A stretch of 64,000 nucleotides of DNA from an uncultured virus (IMG/VR IMGVR_UViG_3300030426_000047). Its lineage: Duplodnaviria > Heunggongvirae > Uroviricota > Caudoviricetes. The stretch lies in the IMG/VR virus record IMGVR_UViG_3300030426_000047. One strand, given 5' to 3'. Shown here piece by piece: positions 55,619 through 64,000 of the stretch (position 1 is the first letter of the stretch; each line of letters opens with the position of its first letter). The notes beneath the pieces were generated by a model. It was not told the DNA's origin and searched no databases. It worked only from the letters and a program-made list of their open reading frames with translations. The position numbers and the translations under genes are program-made.

Positions 55619-55972
55619 TCAGACGGTACCGGGTGCAAGCAGCACCTTGCCGATATCGCCCAGGACTCCGGAGACCCTGGCGACGCCGATAGTCCGGTTG
55701 GTGGCCACCGCCGTGACCGCTTTACCATCGGCATCGCTGGTCAAGAGCGCCCCACGGGTGACAGCACCGCCGTATTCGACGTCGACCACGCCCATGGTAT
55801 GGATATCGACCCGTTCGTTGATTGCCGCCCCCAGGGAGTCGGAGACCCCGAAAGAGAAGTCGCCTACGGCAGCTGCCTGAGCGGCCAGGCCGTCGCTGGC
55901 ACCCGGTTTACAGATGCGGTGTGGAGCAATGGCCGCGCCTGCGGTGAAATTTTCTGTGAGTTTTGGCTTCAT
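55619..55972 (-). CDS. Capsid cement protein (DUF2190-like)
   Basis: VEYGGAVTRGALLTSDADGKAV. Confidence 0.8.
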   Translation of the reverse strand: MKPKLTENFTAGAAIAPHRICKPGASDGLAAQAAAVGDFSFGVSDSLGAAINERVDIHTMGVVDVEYGGAVTRGALLTSDADGKAVTAVATNRTIGVARVSGVLGDIGKVLLAPGTV

Positions 55973-56034
55973 GACCTCTCCTTGTTCGATTTTTTAAAAG
56001 GGCGGGGATGCCGCCCCCTGCGTTGCTTTCGCTG

Positions 56035-57168
56035 TTATTTGCCCGTGCCCTTCACCACATGAGCAACCGCCTGGGTGATAGAGATGGTGCGCCCGGCCTT
56101 GGCCTCTGCCTCTTTAAATTCTGTGGCCCGCTTGGCGATCTCCATGTAGTCGCCATCTTCGGGGAGATCTTCACCCTGGGCATGTTCCTTGAACTTCACC
56201 GCTTCCGGCAAGCCGCCGATAAAACCGGTGAACCAGTCCAGGCTGGACTTTTTGACCTGCGCGCCGTTTTCGGCAAACTCGATGGTGGCGGGGGAATCGA
56301 TGAGGCCTTCCATGAACTCTTTCAGTCCGCCATCGATCCAGGCAGGAAGGGGACCGCCTTCCGCCACCGGCTTTTTGCAGAAAGCGGCAATGGCTTCTTT
56401 GGCCACCGTTTCCAGCCGGGTACGTTCCTTCTCGGCAAATTCGGCGGCTGCCGCCTCGCGTCCCTCTTTCTGAGCCTTCGTTCGAGCAGCTTCAATGTCC
56501 GCCTCGCTAAAGGTTGTTACTGTTGCTGTTGCTGTTGCTGGTCCAGTCACATCGACCTCCTTTTGTTTTCGTTCGCTATACATCGAGAGCGCCGGTTCAT
56601 CCCGGAGCGCCTCTTCTTTCAGGGTGTCGACATCCCAGTCAGGGACAATCCTGTCCGCTGCCTCCACCCCCTTTTCCTCAATGAGATATTCCCGCAGTCG
56701 ACCGAACAACCGGGCAATCACACCCGCCCGATAGTCGGAAAACTCAAACGATACCGGCTCCCCCTCATTAAACTTGAGATCGGCAAGGCCTTTGACCGCA
56801 GGCGGTACCGCCCCGAGAAAGCCGACGTGCCTCAAGCTGCCGTCCGGATAAAAGGCGGCTGAGCGTTTTTTGTAACGTCCGGCTTTGACCAGCTCTTCAA
56901 ACTCCGGAGCGACCTCTTTGAATTTGGCCAGCAGCACCTTGGTGCCGTCCGGCTGGATCACGCTCTTCAGTGCCTCGGCCCAGCCAAAGGCGGGGCTGTT
57001 GTCCTTCGGGTGCCCTACCACCAGCGGCGGTTCATGTTTTGCGGCGGAGAAGGCGATAACCGCCTTATCGATAATTGCATTGCCGTCACGCTCCACCCCG
57101 GCCGAATCCACCTGCCTGCCGCCCCGAAAAATCTCTATGAAATCGTCAAACCCTTTAAACTTTGGCAT
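56035..57168 (-). CDS. Mu gpI-like prohead protease/scaffold
   Basis: EIFRGG, PLVVGHP, PAFGW, YKKRS, LRHVGFLGAVPPAVKGL. Confidence 0.88.
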   Translation of the reverse strand: MPKFKGFDDFIEIFRGGRQVDSAGVERDGNAIIDKAVIAFSAAKHEPPLVVGHPKDNSPAFGWAEALKSVIQPDGTKVLLAKFKEVAPEFEELVKAGRYKKRSAAFYPDGSLRHVGFLGAVPPAVKGLADLKFNEGEPVSFEFSDYRAGVIARLFGRLREYLIEEKGVEAADRIVPDWDVDTLKEEALRDEPALSMYSERKQKEVDVTGPATATATVTTFSEADIEAARTKAQKEGREAAAAEFAEKERTRLETVAKEAIAAFCKKPVAEGGPLPAWIDGGLKEFMEGLIDSPATIEFAENGAQVKKSSLDWFTGFIGGLPEAVKFKEHAQGEDLPEDGDYMEIAKRATEFKEAEAKAGRTISITQAVAHVVKGTGK

Positions 57169-57177
57169 TTCAGCTTC

Positions 57178-57729
57178 TCAGCCTCCTATGATGTGTTTTG
57201 CAGTTGCCGCTTCGATCGAGACAATATCCTCCTGTTGCAGCACCATGAACTCCCGGGCCGGGATATCGCCCCAGGGCAGCTTCATCGTCCTGGTGTGGGC
57301 CCGGACAAAGCTCACTCCGCCCGCCACCTTTTTCCGACCGGCTTTGATATCGCCCGCCGGGTTTTTCCTGCTGTGCGCCGGGATCTTCGCCACCACCGTG
57401 CCGAAGGAAAACTTCTTGGCCCCATAATTATGGACGGCGGCATAGATCACATTGGTGCCGACAATGACCCGATCCCCGGCGATGGTCGAGGTGATCGAGT
57501 TCTGCAGCCGGCCGCTCTTGCGCAGCGTCTGGCCGCGCTTGCCGGTTACCCGCTTTGAGGCCACCCATTTATTCGGCCTGCCACCCGCCCTGAAGTTGTA
57601 GCGGATGGACTCCCGGGCGATCGCGCCGATGATGCGCAGTCCGTCCTTCTTGTTTGCGCCTCGCTGGACGATCTTGGTGCAGACCTTCTGCAATTCGCGG
57701 TCATCTATTTTTATGCCTGGGCTGATCAT
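57178..57729 (-). CDS. Mu gpG-like virion morphogenesis protein
   Basis: LRKSGRLQNSI..VGTNVIYAAVHNYG..IPAREF. Confidence 0.88.
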   Translation of the reverse strand: MISPGIKIDDRELQKVCTKIVQRGANKKDGLRIIGAIARESIRYNFRAGGRPNKWVASKRVTGKRGQTLRKSGRLQNSITSTIAGDRVIVGTNVIYAAVHNYGAKKFSFGTVVAKIPAHSRKNPAGDIKAGRKKVAGGVSFVRAHTRTMKLPWGDIPAREFMVLQQEDIVSIEAATAKHIIGG

Positions 57730-57831
57730 CGGAATGTGTGTTTAAAACATGTTTAATTTTTTCTGTGCTTGACGGACGCCCCTTATCCTGCACGACCAAG
57801 CGCACCCCCGGTAAATTCGCTTACAGGGCAT

Positions 57832-58608
57832 TTACGGCGTTTTCTTCTCCAAAAATTCTCCAAGTTCCGCCTCGACCAATTTAGCCAGCTCCGGCGGGTA
57901 GTTTTTCAGCCGCTCGCGGATGATCTTTTCAGTGTTCTGCCACCAGTCCTTGCCCGGGTTGTTATCAAAACCCCTATCCGGGGTGACCTGCGCCGTCGCC
58001 CGCACCGCCCCGGTGCCGGTATTCACCAGCTCGGTTTCTCCGGTCGCGGGGTTCTCCGTGGCGAGATTCAAGCCCCTCGCCTGCACCTGGTCCTGTGTCA
58101 GACCTGACACCGAGCACCGACAGCCGTAGCCGTTGGGCGGATACCAGCTATTCCAGATCGGATGGTTGGCCGGATAGACCCTGCCGTCCATGTCCCGGTG
58201 GGTTGGCCTGGTAACGCCGTCGTTAATGGCGTCATACATCCAGTAGGGCAGGACATCCGTTTCGGCCTGCAGCTGGTCATAGCGCCCGACGTTATAGGCG
58301 GTCTGGATATTGGTCTGGAAGATATTGGCCACCCGCCATGGGGTCTTGCCATGCCAGCCTCGCCGGGCAAAGATCTCTTCGCAATCCTCCCGAAACTGGG
58401 CAAAGCTGGTACCCTCGTCAATTGCCTGCTGCAGCGCCTGAAAAACCGTGTTCAGCTCATCGCCCTTGGCAATGCCCGAGACGGCGAAGGCCCGGCCCTT
58501 GACTTCATCGGCGAGAGCCTTGAACTCATCCGCTTCCAGCTGGACCTTGTCGCGCCAGAAGGCCTGTGCCCCATGCATGGGCAGTTTGAATGATTTATCA
58601 AGCGCCAT
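57832..58608 (-). CDS. Mu gpF-like minor head protein
   Basis: AFAVSG..IFQTNIQTAYNVGR..TRPTH..YPPNGYGCRC. Confidence 0.9.
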   Translation of the reverse strand: MALDKSFKLPMHGAQAFWRDKVQLEADEFKALADEVKGRAFAVSGIAKGDELNTVFQALQQAIDEGTSFAQFREDCEEIFARRGWHGKTPWRVANIFQTNIQTAYNVGRYDQLQAETDVLPYWMYDAINDGVTRPTHRDMDGRVYPANHPIWNSWYPPNGYGCRCSVSGLTQDQVQARGLNLATENPATGETELVNTGTGAVRATAQVTPDRGFDNNPGKDWWQNTEKIIRERLKNYPPELAKLVEAELGEFLEKKTP

Positions 58609-60097
58609 CCTGCACCATCTTGCGGCCCAGCAGCTGGCCATTGATCATGGCGTTATCGAGCCCGATCTGCAGGCGGCTGACATCCATCTGAGGATAAAAG
58701 GCCAGCAGCCCATCCATTGCCTCTTCATAGCTGTTTGCCGCCCGGACGATTTTCAAAATCTGTTTTTCATTTCCGGCAAGCGGGTCAGTGCCGGTCGAGG
58801 CCGCGCCCTGATCCTCCAGCGCCTGCTGTGCGGGCGAGAATATTTTCTTGCTCTCCACAATCGCCTTTTCGGCAAATTCAGGCGGAGCATAGCCGGTAAC
58901 GGGCGTGATAACGGTAGGCCCACCCTCGGGCTCCGGCAGGTTGAAGGTTTTGTACCAATAGTCGGGAGCCACCTTGACGCCGATCTTGCCGACCAGGATC
59001 GCATCGCGTTCGGCCAGCTCTTTCAAGACCGACTCTTTTTCGGTGATATAGCCGAACTTCGGATAGTCGATGACTCCGGCAAAATTGTAGTCGACCAGCC
59101 ACTTGATCAGCGTCTCGTTGAAACACTCGGCGAGCATCCCGGCATCCGCCTCTTTGATATCCTGGCGTACCCCATCGTGGGTCTGAGAGGCCCCATACGA
59201 ACCGCCGCTGGATGACATTTCAGTGGTCAGCGTCTGGCCGAGGACAGCCTTGCTGATCTGCCGGTCCATGTAGTCGCAGAGCGATTCATACGTGACAGTG
59301 CCGCCGCGCGACGCCTCCATCAACTCGACTACCATCGTGTCCGGAATGATGATGCCGGTTTCGGAATGGATGGCCGCGACCGCGTCTTTTAAAGTCTTCT
59401 TGTCGGCATCCTTGGCACCGGCAGGATACTTGCCGACACCTGTGGGCATGCCGAATTTTTCCAGGAAGATGAGCCAGAACCGAATGCCCTGTTTTTTAAA
59501 CCACACCGGCCACCACAGGCGCTGGCCCAGGGCCTTGCCGTAAGGGTTGTCGCTTGAGCCGTACGAGAAGACGATAAACTTGCGCTCCGGTACCGCCTCA
59601 CCCTCGCGGGGCTGGGCCTTGGTCAGCATCCGCAGTTCACGCGCCTTGGAAAAGCCGAAGCGCCTGGGGTGCTTGGCCAGGATCCTGGCCGGGACAATTT
59701 TCTTATCCAGTTCCACCCACATGATCTCACCGACATAGTAGCCGTACAGGATGCCCTGCAGCAGCTCCTGGGCCGCTTGCAGCAGGTTGCAGTTTTTTAA
59801 TACCTTGGTGACGTAAGCGGCGATCTCCCGAGAACGATCGTCATCGGCGCCGGGAGTGACTTCCCATTTCTCACCGGCAACGGCCAGGTACCTGGTCTGC
59901 AGGACCGAGCCGGAATGCGCATCACGATCGACCTCGTCATAGAGCTTCAGCCCTTTGCCTTTCGATTCAGTCAGGACCGTGCTGTCCGGGTTGTCGAGGA
60001 AATAGCCCTCGGTAATGTCGATGTCCTTGGTGATGACCGCGATTTCGTCGGCTATCGGCACCGCGCCCCGGGTTTGCTGTTGCGTTGTTTCTGCCAT
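58598..60097 (-). CDS. Mu gp29-like portal (DUF935)
   Basis: DNPYG..FLEKFGMP..ISKAVLGQTLTT. Confidence 0.92.
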   Translation of the reverse strand: MAETTQQQTRGAVPIADEIAVITKDIDITEGYFLDNPDSTVLTESKGKGLKLYDEVDRDAHSGSVLQTRYLAVAGEKWEVTPGADDDRSREIAAYVTKVLKNCNLLQAAQELLQGILYGYYVGEIMWVELDKKIVPARILAKHPRRFGFSKARELRMLTKAQPREGEAVPERKFIVFSYGSSDNPYGKALGQRLWWPVWFKKQGIRFWLIFLEKFGMPTGVGKYPAGAKDADKKTLKDAVAAIHSETGIIIPDTMVVELMEASRGGTVTYESLCDYMDRQISKAVLGQTLTTEMSSSGGSYGASQTHDGVRQDIKEADAGMLAECFNETLIKWLVDYNFAGVIDYPKFGYITEKESVLKELAERDAILVGKIGVKVAPDYWYKTFNLPEPEGGPTVITPVTGYAPPEFAEKAIVESKKIFSPAQQALEDQGAASTGTDPLAGNEKQILKIVRAANSYEEAMDGLLAFYPQMDVSRLQIGLDNAMINGQLLGRKMVQDGA

Positions 60098-60099
60098 AT

Positions 60100-61599
60100 T
60101 TACCGCCCCATGAACCCGGACATATCGAAGCTTGCGCACCGTCTGCCGGTTGATTCGAATTCAATTAACTTTTCCCCGCCTTCCTGCCTAATGGCAAAGT
60201 CCGCCATCGCCCCGGCTATTCCGGAGTCTCCGTGTCGCTTGGTATTATCCTGTCCGGTGTTTTTGGTTGCAGGAAGCTTGGCTACCCCGTTGATGACTTT
60301 GAAGGCCCGGTGATCCTCGATCACGTCTGCGTCTTTTGGCAGCAGGATTGACTTATCTTCAAAGGCTGCTTTGTACTTCGGCATATTTTCCCGGTACCAG
60401 GCTTCCGACAGCATCACCTGGGATATCTTTTCGATGCCGTATTTCTGCATGGCGACTTCAGCCAGGTATTGACCGTTGCCGCGAGCATCGAGTGCGCCAT
60501 GGTGAAACTTGGGCAAGTGGTCGATGATGAAAAACAGGATCTGGCGTTGCTGATGGAAAGGCATATTGCGCAGTTCGAGCAAGAAGACCGCCCGCCAGGT
60601 TGCCCCCTGGGTTTCCTGCAGGGGCAGGATAACGGTCAGATCGCCGGTTCTGGCAAAATCCTCGCCGAAGACGGTCTGCCGGTTTGGGTCGAGTCCTGCC
60701 AGCAAAGGCTCCAACACATCTTCGCACCAGGCTTCGATAACACTGCTCCGATGCTCTTCACTCATTTCGTTGAACTCGTCGGTCTGGCCGTAGCGGATGA
60801 CCGGGATCTCATCCGACATACATCCCTCGATCATGGTGCGGGCAAGGTATGTGCCTGAGCCTTGAGCAGGTATGCAAAAAAGTTCCTCCTGGGCGTCATC
60901 GCCGTAGGAGGTAACAATCTCCGCCCGCCAGGCCTTTTGTGCCTCCTCGCTCCACACGCTCTTTTTGCGCATGCAGATCCGCTTGTATAAACCCTCGTTT
61001 AAAGCGTCATCGAAATCGATTCGATGCAGGCTGTATGGCTTGCGCCCGGCGCGGATATCATTCACCAGCTCGTTAAAGGGATTTGTGTCACCATCATGGG
61101 TAGAGATGATCCTGACCTGGCCACCCCACATGAGAAGAGCCAGCGCTGCTTTCAACAGCTCGGCAAGGTTGTCGTGGAATGCTGCCTCATCGATTATGAC
61201 CCGACCCTGCTTGCCGCGCAGGTTGTTCGGGCGGCTGGAAAGGGCGACGATCCGATTGCCGGAGGCGAAGGTGATCCGGAAAATCAGGATGTCCTTGTCT
61301 TCATCTTTCAGCACCGACTCCTCGACGGCACCGGCAGCGAATTGATAGTGTTTGGCCCAGGCCGCGCAGTCGTTGATGAACTCTTCGGCCATGTCCTTGT
61401 TGTAGCCGATATACCAGACGTCATCACCGGCGGCGGATGCGGCATAGAGCGTATTGTCAGCGGCCTCGGACCAGGACAAACCGATCCGCCGCGACTTCTC
61501 GCATACCTTGACCGTGGCATTGTCTGCTGCCCACCGTTGCTGATATGGCAGCAGGACGGCCGGGGTCCGGTCTTTTATGCGCGCGCCGATTTCCATCAT
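60100..61599 (-). CDS. Mu gp28-like terminase large subunit
   Basis: LLPYQQRW, KSRRIGLSW, IIDEAAFH, GEDFARTGD, RHGDS. Confidence 0.93.
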   Translation of the reverse strand: MMEIGARIKDRTPAVLLPYQQRWAADNATVKVCEKSRRIGLSWSEAADNTLYAASAAGDDVWYIGYNKDMAEEFINDCAAWAKHYQFAAGAVEESVLKDEDKDILIFRITFASGNRIVALSSRPNNLRGKQGRVIIDEAAFHDNLAELLKAALALLMWGGQVRIISTHDGDTNPFNELVNDIRAGRKPYSLHRIDFDDALNEGLYKRICMRKKSVWSEEAQKAWRAEIVTSYGDDAQEELFCIPAQGSGTYLARTMIEGCMSDEIPVIRYGQTDEFNEMSEEHRSSVIEAWCEDVLEPLLAGLDPNRQTVFGEDFARTGDLTVILPLQETQGATWRAVFLLELRNMPFHQQRQILFFIIDHLPKFHHGALDARGNGQYLAEVAMQKYGIEKISQVMLSEAWYRENMPKYKAAFEDKSILLPKDADVIEDHRAFKVINGVAKLPATKNTGQDNTKRHGDSGIAGAMADFAIRQEGGEKLIEFESTGRRCASFDMSGFMGR

Positions 61600-62039
61600 T
61601 CACCTATGCCCAGGATACGCCTGCGAATGTCGTCAACCGTAGCATCGGACAGCCCGCCTTTTTCTTTCTTGATCTCGGTGACAACTTCTTCGGCCACCCT
61701 GTGCGCCTTCTCCATTTTGTCCCAGCGCTCGAGCAGCGCGCCCATTTTGGCTAATGCGTCCATCTTCTGGGCGGTGCGATTCTCGGGAGTACATTCCTCC
61801 AGGTGAGCAAGCTGATCTTCAAAGAGATCACGCAGCCGTTGGATGTTGCCGCGCTTCTGGCTCCTCGCCCGGTCCCACTCGTCCATGGTCTGGTTCGGGT
61901 CTTTGCTATCCGCCTTCCACCGGGCAAGGCTCGTTACCGAGACGCCCAGCTGCTCGCCGATCGCCGACAGGTTATGGCCGTCCGCATATAGCCGCTGCGC
62001 CTGGTGACCGAGCACCGCCTTGTCGCCTTTAGTTGCCAA
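61596..62039 (-). CDS. Mu gp27-like terminase small subunit (DUF1804-like)
   Basis: AQRLY..IGEQLGVSVTSLARWK..WDRAR..GLSDATVDDIRRRILG; TTG start. Confidence 0.8.
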   Translation of the reverse strand: MATKGDKAVLGHQAQRLYADGHNLSAIGEQLGVSVTSLARWKADSKDPNQTMDEWDRARSQKRGNIQRLRDLFEDQLAHLEECTPENRTAQKMDALAKMGALLERWDKMEKAHRVAEEVVTEIKKEKGGLSDATVDDIRRRILGIGE

Positions 62040-62277
62040 GGGCTTTCTCCAGTGAGTGGATCTGGGTGTTGACCGAGAGCAGGTCCGCCTGGACCATGAC
62101 CAGCTCATCCATCTGCTGTGCGGCCAAAGCAATCTCCATGTCCTCGATCTCCAGCAGGTGCGGGTTGATTGCCGGAGCTATCGACCGGCACAGTCCCTTG
62201 CCTTTCATCTGCAGCTGGGTGCGCTTGGCCTTGAGGCCTGCCAGCTTGCCCTGCATCATCAACCTTTCATGACTCAT
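62029..62277 (-). CDS. Small coiled-coil phage protein
   Basis: MSHERL.. overlaps both neighbours. Confidence 0.6.
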   Translation of the reverse strand: MSHERLMMQGKLAGLKAKRTQLQMKGKGLCRSIAPAINPHLLEIEDMEIALAAQQMDELVMVQADLLSVNTQIHSLEKALGN

Positions 62278-62635
62278 CTTGGATATCCTTTGGCTTTGCG
62301 TTTTTGCGGATGAGTGGGCAGTGCATATTCCCCTCGATAGCCGAGCGCAGCGCCTGCACTTCGGCGGCGGCCCAGACCACCGTTTCGCGATCGTCTTTCG
62401 CCATTTCCCTGTAATTTCCGGCCAAGTCTTTAATCCCTTCAACCTGGGCAAAATTGTTGTTGTACATTGTCACCACTGCCTCGAATCGCCTATGCTGGAA
62501 AATTGAGATAATGACCAGCACAAGCCAAGGGCCGAGCAACACCCCAAGGCAGAGCGTCATGATCGGCGTTGTGCCGGTGACGCCTACCAGGGTAGATAGT
62601 GAGTTTAAAAGGGCGGTGATCTCTGCCGGTGACAC
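62267..62635 (-). CDS. Membrane protein
   Basis: TM segment LGVLLGPWLVLVIISIF; HCPLIR terminus. Confidence 0.6.
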   Translation of the reverse strand: MSPAEITALLNSLSTLVGVTGTTPIMTLCLGVLLGPWLVLVIISIFQHRRFEAVVTMYNNNFAQVEGIKDLAGNYREMAKDDRETVVWAAAEVQALRSAIEGNMHCPLIRKNAKPKDIQDES

Positions 62636-62853
62636 TATCGTCTCCTCCTTTCGATTTCCTCTAGCTTTGTGGCACAATCAACACAGTGGCTGACTCCCGG
62701 CAAAAACGTTCGACGTGCTTCGGGGATCTCGTCACCGCAATCGATACAGTTTGTCCTGGACACTCCGGAAAAACCCGCAACCCGTGCCTGCAGGGACAAC
62801 GCCTGTTTTAGAAACTGGGCATCCAACTCCTGAGCCTGGTCGAACTGATCCAT
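62635..62853 (-). CDS. TraR/DksA-family C4 zinc finger protein
   Basis: D..DQAQ..CIDCGDEIPEARR...PG..CVDC. Confidence 0.88.
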   Translation of the reverse strand: MDQFDQAQELDAQFLKQALSLQARVAGFSGVSRTNCIDCGDEIPEARRTFLPGVSHCVDCATKLEEIERRRR

Positions 62854-63009
62854 TTATTGTTTCGCCTTCTCGATCTTGTGGCCGATACCGATCAAGGCCA
62901 GCGCCGCTGTCAGCTGTTGCATTCCGGTGGCGGTGTCACCGTTCATCAAACTCACCACGCCAAGACCGGCCGTACACGCGGCGGCAAGCCAGGTTTTCCA
63001 TCCCTTCAT
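62854..63009 (-). CDS. Holin-like small membrane protein
   Basis: MKGWKTWLAA.. two TM; follows lysin. Confidence 0.65.
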   Translation of the reverse strand: MKGWKTWLAAACTAGLGVVSLMNGDTATGMQQLTAALALIGIGHKIEKAKQ

Positions 63010-63533
63010 GCTGTCTTCTCCCTGGTTGTGAGCTGCTCGTAAAGCCGCTCGATTTTTGCTACATAGTCGATGGTTTCCTTCGAATGACGGCCGGTCACTT
63101 CCGGCAGGGCCATGGTGATGGACTGCCATTTGTCGGAGGGCAGATTGGCAAGTGTGGCAATCTTCTGAGCTTTGATGATATGACCAGGCCCGGCGTTATA
63201 GCTGCCGAGCATGAAGCGGATCCGCTCGATGCCGTCTTCCTTCTTCCAGATATTCCAGCACTGCCGATCGTAGGCGATGCCGAACCGAATGTTGTTATGA
63301 GGCAGTGGGGAAGGAACGGTGCCGAGCTTTTTAGCCATGTCTGACTCAGTACCCGGCATCAGCTGCATGATACCGAACGCCCCCACCGGGGAGACCGCTT
63401 CCGGATTAAGTGACGATTCGGCGATACCCTGGGCCTTGAACCACTGCCACGGCAAGATTTGATAAAAGAACTCCAGGGCAGACACCTGGAAGTAGCGGTC
63501 GTAAATGTTTGGATATGTGCGTTGTCCCTTCAC
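63006..63533 (-). CDS. SLT lytic transglycosylase endolysin
   Basis: AESSLNPEAVSPVGAFGIMQLMP, SYNAG, ETIDYV. Confidence 0.9.
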   Translation of the reverse strand: MKGQRTYPNIYDRYFQVSALEFFYQILPWQWFKAQGIAESSLNPEAVSPVGAFGIMQLMPGTESDMAKKLGTVPSPLPHNNIRFGIAYDRQCWNIWKKEDGIERIRFMLGSYNAGPGHIIKAQKIATLANLPSDKWQSITMALPEVTGRHSKETIDYVAKIERLYEQLTTREKTA

Positions 63534-63736
63534 GCTTCCCCCATTGTCCTTGAACTGTGAACCAGGCAGCCGGAGCGGTCCAGGTTTGGACCACCCCGGC
63601 AACCAGGCGGAGATCAGAATGTCTGTGGTAACTTATAGGGGATTACGGGAGAGGCGGGTCAGTCTGAATTACTTCAGGAGTTTTAAAGCGGGGAAGGAAG
63701 GGGTGGTGTTTGGCCACCCCATCTGGAAGGAATTTG

Positions 63737-64000
63737 TTAAAACAGTTTCATCTGACGATCCTCGCCCGGCTGCTGCCCGAGGATCGTGTAGACATGGCGC
63801 TCGCTGAGGTTGTACTTGCGGGCCAGCTCGGTAACGGAAATGCCGCCGCGATCGTATCGCGCCCGGAGCTGCTTATCCCGCCAGCGGTTCAAATGCCGCT
63901 TGTGGCCGAAAAAGCAGGCGGTTGTACCGTTGAATAGCTCCGAGATCTCCAGCGCCGTCCGCACTCCGACCTTTTCCGCCAGCATCCGCAGATCGCCGTT
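63737..64000 (-). CDS. Mor/C-family transcription activator (5' end outside window)
   Basis: RDKQLRARYD..SVTELARKYNLSERHVYTIL. Confidence 0.85.
   Translation of the reverse strand, partial: NGDLRMLAEKVGVRTALEISELFNGTTACFFGHKRHLNRWRDKQLRARYDRGGISVTELARKYNLSERHVYTILGQQPGEDRQMKLF

Larger units (their letters stand above)
41170..64000 (-). mobile_element. Prophage 2: Mu-like transposable prophage with non-contractile tail (partial, continues beyond window)
   Basis: mor, lysis, gp27/28/29, F, G, I, capsid, gp36/37, tube, TMP, fibre, terminal methylase and Mu-type end. Confidence 0.92.

Noticed and set aside
56515..56541. (TGTTGC)n tandem repeat as a contingency locus
   Set aside because: In-frame hexamer encoding a Thr-Ala linker at the start of the scaffold region; copy changes would not shift the frame.

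Overview
The window is almost entirely two back-to-back prophages. (1) A complete ~41 kb lambda-like (cos/GpA-terminase) siphoviral prophage is integrated in a tRNA-Arg(TCT) gene (attL 51-99, attR 41038-41086). It carries lysis, tail, head, a repeat-punctuated accessory region containing the terminase and a second tyrosine recombinase, P4/D5-type replication genes with an iteron origin, a cro/cI switch, AT-rich morons, the integrase and a hicAB-plus-third-gene operon. (2) The right-hand ~23 kb belongs to a Mu-like transposable prophage with a non-contractile tail. Its terminal TG and tandem transposase-type sites lie at ~41170, only ~84 bp beyond attR, and it runs off the window at the mor gene. 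The most unusual signals are three copies of the first 26 codons of the integrase gene breaking at one point and alternating with cargo genes, a family of conserved stop-to-RBS repeats separating single-gene cassettes around a second recombinase, a HicA-HicB(+C-terminal tail)-small-protein triad, a multi-stem RNA upstream of the Mu-end methylase, and a tail-fibre/chaperone module shared by the two otherwise unrelated prophages. All protein calls come from motif recognition and gene order; no database searches were run.
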